DNA of 46,559 nt. Origin: Bacteroidota bacterium. GTDB taxonomy: Bacteria; Bacteroidota; Ignavibacteria; Kapaibacteriales; UBA2268. The first letter of the stretch is position 1; each line of letters starts with the position of its first letter. Below, in pieces: positions 33,786 through 40,164 of this stretch. Position numbers and translations under genes: made by a program. The DNA lies in assembly GCA_017428585.1 (NCBI GenBank), contig JAFRQN010000154.1, positions 1-46,559 on the forward strand, given 5' to 3'. The notes below the pieces were generated by a model that had not been told where the DNA came from, ran no database searches, and was given only the letters and a program-made list of their open reading frames with translations.

Positions 33786-33814
33786 AAAAAAAAAGCACGC
33801 TCAATGCGTGCTTT
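33786..33814 (-). terminator. Terminator of cysteine-ladder gene 3
   Basis: AAAGCACGC-tcaat-GCGTGCTTT with a T-run on the minus strand. Confidence 0.7.
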
Positions 33815-33830
33815 GACCAAAGAAAAAATA

Positions 33831-34376
33831 CTACAAATATTTGTAAACTAATCTGCGTTTAATTAATTTAGAATCATACAGGTTGATTTTTCTTGCTCTG
33901 TTATAATTTAGCAGGCTGTCAATATAAGCGTTGCTGCACATTTCGGCGTTATTGCAGAAATTGCAGTTATTACAGCAGTAACAATTAGTGCAGGCTTCGC
34001 ATTTATAGGACATTTCGCAATTAAGGCAATGTTCGCATTTGATGCAGTTATAAATATTTACGCAGTCGTAATTGCCGTAAGATTTAGAGGCGTTGTTGCA
34101 TTTTATGCAATCTATGCAATTAATACAGGACATACAGGACGCACAGCATTCACAATAGGAGCATTTGACGCAGTCTGTGCAGTTTTTACAATTATAACAA
34201 TTAAAGCAATGAAAATTATTTTGATTTAGGTTTTCGTATTCTTCAAGGGTTAAATTTGCCCAATTTAGGAAATCTTGCGTTACGCCGTTTATTATATATT
34301 TCCAGTTCCATTTTTTATATTCTTTAAATTCGTTATAATCTTTAAATAATAGAGTTTTGATTTTATATTTTAACAT
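33831..34376 (-). CDS. Cysteine-ladder (C-x2-C)n repeat protein, paralog 3
   Basis: 181 aa. Motif INGVTQDFL...LEEY, then 27 Cys. Leader is ATAGGAATTAAAAATT-ATG. Confidence 0.8.
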   Translation of the reverse strand: MLKYKIKTLLFKDYNEFKEYKKWNWKYIINGVTQDFLNWANLTLEEYENLNQNNFHCFNCYNCKNCTDCVKCSYCECCASCMSCINCIDCIKCNNASKSYGNYDCVNIYNCIKCEHCLNCEMSYKCEACTNCYCCNNCNFCNNAEMCSNAYIDSLLNYNRARKINLYDSKLIKRRLVYKYL

Positions 34377-34399
34377 AATTTTTAATTCCTATAAAATTT

Positions 34400-34435
34400 T
34401 AATAAAAGATACAGGAGAGGCTAATCCTCTCCTGT
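34400..34435 (-). terminator. Hairpin overlapping the stop of cysteine-ladder gene 4
   Basis: ACAGGAGAGG-ctaat-CCTCTCCTGT, followed on the minus strand by a T-rich stretch. Confidence 0.5.
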
Positions 34436-34918
34436 TAATATATAATGGTATAAATCGACCATTTTATTTTTTAATTTAATATTAGAAATTTCGTTTCCAT
34501 ATTTTACATTTGTGCAATTTTTGCTTTTGCGGAGCGTTTCGCATTTTTCGCATTTTGTGCAGTCGTCGCAGTCTTCACAATCGGTGCAAAAACTCGCTCT
34601 TTTACAATAGAAGCATCTAATATCAAAGAAGCAGTAATGACAACCTATGCAGTCATCGCAATCTTGGCAATTAAAGCAATTATGGCAAGATTGGCAATTT
34701 ATGCAATCTTCGCAACCCATGCAGTTCCAGCAATAGTAGTTTGTTTCGTTGAACTTTTGGTAAAGTTCGAAAGAGAGGAGATAATTTTTTAAGAAAAGCT
34801 CGGAGCATCCGTTTATTTTTTCGTTCGGATGATATTCAAGGTAATTTTGAAAATCCTCATAGCTTTCAAAAATTTTAGTTAAAAATTTTTGTTCAGAATT
34901 GTTTTGTTTTTTCAGCAT
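34421..34918 (-). CDS. Cysteine-ladder (C-x2-C)n repeat protein, paralog 4
   Basis: The track ORF begins at a TTG inside the promoter. The ATG at 34918 (MLKKQNN) follows ATAGGAATTAAAATT. Motif INGCSELFL, then 22 Cys. Confidence 0.75.
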   Translation of the reverse strand: MLKKQNNSEQKFLTKIFESYEDFQNYLEYHPNEKINGCSELFLKNYLLSFELYQKFNETNYYCWNCMGCEDCINCQSCHNCFNCQDCDDCIGCHYCFFDIRCFYCKRASFCTDCEDCDDCTKCEKCETLRKSKNCTNVKYGNEISNIKLKNKMVDLYHYILTGED

Positions 34919-34959
34919 AATTTTAATTCCTATAAAATTTGATTTTCGAAAAAGAGTTG

Positions 34960-34980
34960 TATTTTTGTAATACAAAAATA
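34960..34980. promoter_or_regulatory. Palindromic bidirectional promoter (TATTTTTGTAATACAAAAATA)
   Basis: Plus-strand box at 34960-34967 and minus-strand box at 34973-34980. Confidence 0.55.
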
Positions 34981-35100
34981 CAAAAATTTTTCGAAAACTC
35001 CAAAAAATTTTTAATTTTTTGGATGGAAATATTCGAAAATTTTTTTGAAAAATTTTTTTATTTTTTTCAAAAAAAATTTGGTTTTTTCGAAAAAAAGTGT

Positions 35101-35108
35101 TATATTTG
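35101..35108 (+). promoter_or_regulatory. -7 promoter box preceded by a T6-CG-A7 palindrome
   Basis: TATATTTG. TTTTTTCGAAAAAAA at 35082-35096, the same arrangement as at 40130-40157. Confidence 0.5.
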
Positions 35109-35142
35109 TATTATAAAAAATGAAAAAAAAAAGGAACGCACA

Positions 35143-35400
35143 ATGAAACGCAAGAACAGATATTCAAAAGTTACAAACGCAATGATTCTCGAAGAGCTAA
35201 GGAAAATCCGCCAATGCCGCAACGCGGAGGAATACATCGCATTAAAAAAAGCGGAGCGAAGAGCAAGGCGGATTAAAATTGCGAAAAAGATATTTTTCGG
35301 AATTTTAAAAGCTCCGTTTGTCCTCGCCGAGCTCTATTTAGTTTTATTTGATTTTTCAGATTTGCGCAGCAGAGGCGGACGCCCAGAGAGGCGGTACTAA
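35143..35400 (+). CDS. Small basic protein with a C-terminal hydrophobic helix
   Basis: Internal ATG of track ORF 34939..35400. Peptide MKRKNRYSKV...IFFGILKAPFVLAELYLVLF. The 3' end runs into GC island C. Confidence 0.4.
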   Translation: MKRKNRYSKVTNAMILEELRKIRQCRNAEEYIALKKAERRARRIKIAKKIFFGILKAPFVLAELYLVLFDFSDLRSRGGRPERRY

Positions 35401-35590
35401 ACAGGAGCAGGAAGCAAGGGAGCAGGGACGGCGGGAGCCGCCAAGAGGAGCGGACGCCCAAAGGGGCGCCACCCAGCCACCCTTCTTACAAACCTAAAAA
35501 AAAGAGCAGGAAGAAAAAGGAGACAAGGCGTTCCGCCCAAAGAGACTAAAAAAAATAAAAAAAAATCTTGCATAATTCAAAAAAAAGTAT

Positions 35591-35598
35591 TATTTTTG
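35591..35598 (+). promoter_or_regulatory. -7 promoter box
   Basis: AAAAAAGTATTATTTTTGTAATACAAAAAT. Confidence 0.6.
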
Positions 35599-35652
35599 TA
35601 ATACAAAAATTAACAATAAATAAAAACAAAAACAAAAATAGGAATTAAAACA

Positions 35653-36000
35653 ATGCAAAGTACAGAAAAGAGATTTATTTGTTTAAGACGTGGGATTTTT
35701 ACACGCAAGCCTTATATAGTAACAGAAAAAGCCACTCTAAGATTAAACAACACATTAAAAGGAGATTTCCCTATGGTTTTTAATTTAGCATTATTAAAGA
35801 CAAAAGATGCTTTTTATTTTGAGCAATATATAAAAAGCAAATTAAAGGGAATAAACGAATACGATTACCCAGTAAATTACATAATACGATTATTTATGGA
35901 ATGTTGGGATATGTCAAGTGATGGCGAATTAAAGATAGGAGATAAAAAAGCAGTTAACAAACCAAGATATACAGTAGAGGAGGGTTTAGTATGTTTATAA
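35653..36000 (+). CDS. Hypothetical protein
   Basis: 115-aa ORF with leader ATAGGAATTAAAACA-ATG. Confidence 0.55.
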   Translation: MQSTEKRFICLRRGIFTRKPYIVTEKATLRLNNTLKGDFPMVFNLALLKTKDAFYFEQYIKSKLKGINEYDYPVNYIIRLFMECWDMSSDGELKIGDKKAVNKPRYTVEEGLVCL

Positions 36001-36107
36001 TAAAATTATTATCTATATTTTGGTTTACGGTATTAGGACCCGTAATAGTAGGCGGGATAATAGGAGCGTATATAAAACGCAACGAAGAAGAGCCTATACA
36101 AAAATAA
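35991..36107 (+). CDS. 38-aa single-pass membrane micropeptide
   Basis: GGAGGG upstream. Peptide MFIIKLLSIFWFTVLGPVIVGGIIGAYIKRNEEEPIQK. Overlaps the previous stop. Confidence 0.4.
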   Translation: MFIIKLLSIFWFTVLGPVIVGGIIGAYIKRNEEEPIQK

Positions 36108-36131
36108 TTTGTATAATAGAAAATTTATTAT

Positions 36132-36139
36132 TATTTTTG
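36132..36139 (+). promoter_or_regulatory. -7 promoter box
   Basis: TTATTATTATTTTTGTAATAC. Confidence 0.6.
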
Positions 36140-36199
36140 TAATACAATAAGTACTTCAATTTTATATTAAAAATATATTCTTCCTCAAAGAGAATAAAA

Positions 36200-36260
36200 A
36201 GCAGGTTCAGTCTTCCCCATTTGTATCTTAATAAAATAATTGAGCCTGCTTATTTTTATT
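36200..36260 (+). promoter_or_regulatory. Terminator-like hairpin inside a 5' leader (possible attenuator)
   Basis: AGCAGGTTCA-31 nt-TGAGCCTGCT followed by TATTTTTATT, located between the promoter at 36132 and the ATG at 36271. Confidence 0.4.
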
Positions 36261-36270
36261 ATTAATAAAA

Positions 36271-36969
36271 ATGATAACAGACATTTACTCATTTACACAA
36301 TCTATTGTTGAAGTAGTAAAGGCGTATTACAAGAATAATCCGACATTAGACAATTACAATGCGTCATCGCCATTATTTCCAAAATATATAGCAGAGTACA
36401 TATTACGCACCAGATATGGGATATTGCGTAATACAGGGTTTAAGGTTTTAGATTTGATATTAACAAACAATGAGAGCAATCATATTTATAAAAAGATTGA
36501 AGCTGGGAATTTTGGATTAAAGCGTGATGTTATATTAATAAACAAAGAAATAGACAAGATAAAAGAGAATAATATATTAACATCAGAGCAGAATATATTA
36601 TTTGGCTTTATATATCATACATTATTAGATTATTACAAAGACCGTGAATTTTTGGAGCGTTACAATTTAAGGACGTTAACCAAACAGAAGACATTTTTAG
36701 CACAGTATTTAGTTTATTTTTCAGTAAGCACATATTGTGGTACCTTTGACAGGTTAAAGCGGACTGAGAACGTATTTGATTCAGATTTTACGACCACCCG
36801 CATTAGTTTTTTATATACTAAGATGGTGAGCAGATTCAAAAAGCAGGATAAAACGGCGATTGACATATACAATGAGTTATTAAATTTTTTCAATGCTTCA
36901 AAATTCAAAGAATATTTTAATCATATTAAACAGATAGAATATGGACACAGCAACAGAGAAGAAAATTAA
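36271..36969 (+). CDS. Hypothetical protein
   Basis: 232-aa ORF. Confidence 0.55.
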   Translation: MITDIYSFTQSIVEVVKAYYKNNPTLDNYNASSPLFPKYIAEYILRTRYGILRNTGFKVLDLILTNNESNHIYKKIEAGNFGLKRDVILINKEIDKIKENNILTSEQNILFGFIYHTLLDYYKDREFLERYNLRTLTKQKTFLAQYLVYFSVSTYCGTFDRLKRTENVFDSDFTTTRISFLYTKMVSRFKKQDKTAIDIYNELLNFFNASKFKEYFNHIKQIEYGHSNREEN

Positions 36970-36973
36970 TTTA

Positions 36974-37264
36974 ATGGACAGCCTATTACAAAAGATTTTT
37001 GAGGTTATTCCAGAATATAATTTTGAAGATTGGTCTGTATTTCAGTATAACATAGAGCCGTTATATATGGACACTATTTTATACGTATTAGACACTTTAG
37101 AAATTCCACGTTTTATACTTGCAGAACGTTTTAATTATGACATTGACGAATTGACAAATATTTTACACAAGACTTATTGTTCTATAAATTTAGACAAAGA
37201 ATACATAGAATTTTACAAAAAAGTTAAAACTAAATTAAAAGAGTATAATATTTTTATCATATAG
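36974..37264 (+). CDS. Small HTH-like hypothetical protein
   Basis: The ATG at 36974 (MDSLLQK) lies just after the upstream stop (track start is 36941). Has an ILAERFNYDIDELTNIL HTH-like segment. Confidence 0.5.
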   Translation: MDSLLQKIFEVIPEYNFEDWSVFQYNIEPLYMDTILYVLDTLEIPRFILAERFNYDIDELTNILHKTYCSINLDKEYIEFYKKVKTKLKEYNIFII

Positions 37265-37265
37265 A

Positions 37266-37613
37266 ATGTATAAAAAATTTGAAAATGTAGTTACTCCATA
37301 CTATACATTTAATTTTAAATATATAAATGAGATTATTAATATATTCTTAAAATTTTACAATGTATCATATTTTGAGCTTACAAATTTGGAAAAGAGTTAT
37401 AATAAGATTTTCAGATTATTTATTTATTATATTTTCAAAAATTGCAAATTAAGTATGGATGAAATTTCTTTTATTTTTAATGTTCCAATAGATGCAGTAA
37501 TTGCTATAAGTGGAGAATTTAATAAAGAATTTAACAAAAAAGAAAAGACGGATTTTTTTCAAAGTTTATACTCTGACTATTTAACGCTTCAAGAATTGAT
37601 TAATGATTTATAA
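37266..37613 (+). CDS. Small HTH-like hypothetical protein
   Basis: 115 aa with an MDEISFIFNVPIDAVIAI segment. Similar in size and layout to the previous ORF. Confidence 0.5.
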   Translation: MYKKFENVVTPYYTFNFKYINEIINIFLKFYNVSYFELTNLEKSYNKIFRLFIYYIFKNCKLSMDEISFIFNVPIDAVIAISGEFNKEFNKKEKTDFFQSLYSDYLTLQELINDL

Positions 37614-37631
37614 ACAAAACGGATTTTATCA

Positions 37632-39107
37632 ATGTTAAATTTTAATATTTCGACTTTTAAATTTATTGAGCTGGTAAAAAGTAGTTATTCTATTTGTACA
37701 GATTTAAGGTCAAGAGGAAGAAAAAATGACAACGCTTTAATGTATATTTATCAAAAAGATTTAGAAGTTTCTTTTTGTTCTTCTTTTCACAATATATCTA
37801 CAAAGAAAAATTTTTTTACTGATAAACCGAATGAAGGGTTTGCATTAGTAAAATTGTCTTCTTTATATTATGTATTAAATCAATTCAATCATTATCAAGA
37901 TAGAGTACTTGACACTCTCAATCCTATATTTAACGTTTTCTATGATGAAATTACTTCTCAATTAGTTATTTCTTTTGAAAATACTTCTTTCAAAATTAAT
38001 ACGTTTAATAATGACGAAGTAAAATGCAGTGAGTTTTTTTCTTTATTCAAAAACTTCAAGAATAACTTTGAAAATTTAACGTCTTTCTATTTGCCAAAAT
38101 ATTCTCATTTCTTTATTGACACTATTAAAGGTACAGAACAGAGCTCTTTTTATGACGGCTTCCCGTCTTGTACTTTCAAAATAGATTTTAATAATGGGAT
38201 TTTTAATTTTATAGACAATAGACTTGACGGTCTTTTATTTTATTCTTCTACAGAAATGAATTTTGTAAATAAATTTGATTATGGAGTTTATTATTATAAT
38301 ATTCCTTATAAATTTTTTACTTGGTTCTCCAATTTCAGATATAAAGAAAAAAATATAATGTTTTATATTTCTGGAAATGATATTTATATCGTCCGTGATT
38401 TAGTCAATTCTATTTCTGATTATTACGCGACTTTCTCACTTAAAAGATTAAACGAAAATAAACTTAAAGCATCTCAACAATCACTCTTTGAGAATGCGTC
38501 TGAAACTTTAAGAAAATACAGAAAACTTAAACTCCACGATAATCAAGATTTTAACAATGTGCTTAACTTTAAAGATATTATTAAAATTTCTAATGTAAAA
38601 GTTTCTTCCTTTGAAAATATTTATAATGATGTAGATAATTATAATGTAAACTTTGGTACTATTCAAGTTAATTTTAATAATCTTTATAATTCTTTGGCTC
38701 TCTTTAATATCGGAGCTGTTGCAGAAAATAAATATTCTTCCTGCTCTTTTAGAGCTTCTGGAAATAATTTAACTTTTTCTGTTACTTCTCCTCATTCTAA
38801 AATTAATGTTATACAGACTATCCCTATTGTTAATCCTGATAATGCTAAATTTAGCGTATCCTCCCAATTAAACCCTATTAAATTATTCTTAAACTCTTTT
38901 AGAGCTAAATTCTTTGAAGAATATTCTAATACTAAAGATTATGATTTATATCTTTCTTTATTTGGCAACGATAAAAACAATAATGCACGTATTACTTTTA
39001 GAAAAAAATCTTTTGTTGATAATCATTCAATTAATAATTTCAAATATCAATTAAATGTTTCTCTTTCTAAAGATTATAAATTTTATAAAAAATCATTGGG
39101 TATATAA
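37632..39107 (+). CDS. Hypothetical protein (N/F/S-rich, 491 aa)
   Basis: Long uninterrupted ORF with no motif I can name. Confidence 0.55.
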   Translation: MLNFNISTFKFIELVKSSYSICTDLRSRGRKNDNALMYIYQKDLEVSFCSSFHNISTKKNFFTDKPNEGFALVKLSSLYYVLNQFNHYQDRVLDTLNPIFNVFYDEITSQLVISFENTSFKINTFNNDEVKCSEFFSLFKNFKNNFENLTSFYLPKYSHFFIDTIKGTEQSSFYDGFPSCTFKIDFNNGIFNFIDNRLDGLLFYSSTEMNFVNKFDYGVYYYNIPYKFFTWFSNFRYKEKNIMFYISGNDIYIVRDLVNSISDYYATFSLKRLNENKLKASQQSLFENASETLRKYRKLKLHDNQDFNNVLNFKDIIKISNVKVSSFENIYNDVDNYNVNFGTIQVNFNNLYNSLALFNIGAVAENKYSSCSFRASGNNLTFSVTSPHSKINVIQTIPIVNPDNAKFSVSSQLNPIKLFLNSFRAKFFEEYSNTKDYDLYLSLFGNDKNNNARITFRKKSFVDNHSINNFKYQLNVSLSKDYKFYKKSLGI

Positions 39108-39108
39108 T

Positions 39109-39606
39109 ATGAAAAATATTTTTCTCTTTTTGCTTCTTTCTCTATTCTTTAGCAATTCTTTAATTGCTCAATCTGATACTATACACAAAAATGATAAAGA
39201 AGCATATCATTTATTTTTTGTTCACAAAAAAACTTTGGACACTCTCGTTTCTAAATCTAAACATTTACAATTAACAGAAGAAAATTTTTTACTCCTCTGT
39301 GATTTGTTCAAAATACAACATCCTCGCTTTGTTTTAAAACAAGCTATTCTTGAAAGCGGAAATTTTAAGTCTAATGTCTTTAACAATACAAATAATTTAT
39401 TTGGTATGAAAAGACCTGGAGCAAGAAGAACGTATGCTCTCAAAAAAAAATATAAATTAAATTACGCTTGCTATGAAAGCTGGATACATTCACTCGCTGA
39501 TTATAAACTCTGGCAAGGCAACAAAACTATTACTGGAAATTATGCAGATTATCTCGAAAAACGAAGTTTTGCAGAAGCCAAAGATTACAAAGAGAAATTA
39601 AAATAA
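39109..39606 (+). CDS. Secreted glucosaminidase-domain peptidoglycan hydrolase
   Basis: Signal peptide MKNIFLFLLLSLFFSNSLIAQ. AILESGNFKSNVFNNTNNLFGMK matches the FlgJ-type glucosaminidase motif. Confidence 0.65.
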   Translation: MKNIFLFLLLSLFFSNSLIAQSDTIHKNDKEAYHLFFVHKKTLDTLVSKSKHLQLTEENFLLLCDLFKIQHPRFVLKQAILESGNFKSNVFNNTNNLFGMKRPGARRTYALKKKYKLNYACYESWIHSLADYKLWQGNKTITGNYADYLEKRSFAEAKDYKEKLK

Positions 39607-39610
39607 AAAA

Positions 39611-39636
39611 AGCACCTTTTATGGTGCTTTTCTTTT
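39611..39636. terminator. Bidirectional terminator
   Basis: AGCACC-ttttat-GGTGCT flanked by A7 and TTTCTTTT. Confidence 0.65.
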
Positions 39637-39691
39637 AACTTGTAGGGATTATTTTATCGGAAATAAATTAATGAAAGCTCTTACGCATTTA

Positions 39692-39699
39692 CAAAAATA
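39692..39699 (-). promoter_or_regulatory. -7 box on the minus strand facing the 39611 terminator
   Basis: Reverse complement reads CTTTATTTTTGTAAATG. Would give an ORF-less transcript of ~70 nt. Confidence 0.35.
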
Positions 39700-40028
39700 A
39701 AGACTTCCTGTAACTTTTCAAAATTTTAACTACAAAAGTTCGAAAGTATACATAAATCCCCTCATTCCATGCACTTTTTTTACGATGCGAGCCAATACGC
39801 CGCAAAGCGAACCCCTTTAACCTTCTTGTTTTGTTAGAGTTACGTTTTCGCTTTTTTTGACCGCTTTTTTCATTGAGGCGGGAGCGGGCGGGAGCGGACT
39901 GCTTTGGACAAGGAGCAGGACGCCCGCACGACTGCCGCCGATATGAGGGCGGGAACAAATTTAGTGCAGTTCACGAGAGCGGATGGGAAAGAAGCAAGTT
40001 GAAGGTAGTATCTGCACGCCGCCAGGAA

Positions 40029-40062
40029 GCAGGGTCATTGGGAAACCCAGCGACTAGCGGCG
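40029..40062 (+). repeat. 34-nt direct repeat, copy 1 (extended hairpin)
   Basis: GCAGGGTCATTGGGAAACCCAGCGACTAGCGGCG. Inner TGGG-aaa-CCCA and GGTC/GACC pairings, with outer CGCCGC/GCGGCG. Confidence 0.7.
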
Positions 40063-40149
40063 ATGCAGAGCTTGATGACAAAGGGTGGGGAACCAAAAAC
40101 ACAATACAAATAAAATAAAAAGATGTTTGTTTTTTTCGAAAAAAAGTAT

Positions 40150-40157
40150 TATTTTTG
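40150..40157 (+). promoter_or_regulatory. -7 promoter box preceded by a T7-CG-A7 palindrome
   Basis: TTTTTTTCGAAAAAAAGTATTATTTTTGTAATAT. Fires into GC-rich island B2. Confidence 0.6.
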
Positions 40158-40164
40158 TAATATA

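Noticed and set aside
34919-35142. N-terminal extensions of track ORFs 34421..34975 (-) and 34939..35400 (+)
   Set aside because: Both extensions start at non-ATG or poorly placed codons inside the palindromic promoter and poly-A/T tract, and translate to F/K-rich nonsense. Internal ATGs at 34918 and 35143 have sensible leaders.
37632-39107. Sliding-clamp (DnaN-like) annotation for the 491-aa protein
   Set aside because: There is only a faint N-terminal pattern resemblance. The length is well above bacterial beta clamps, and no conserved motif could be verified by eye.
40021-40062. SRP RNA-like GGAAGCAG motif in the 34-nt repeat
   Set aside because: Only an 8-nt similarity to the SRP domain IV consensus. 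The surrounding helix and the second copy (GGGAGCAG) do not fit.
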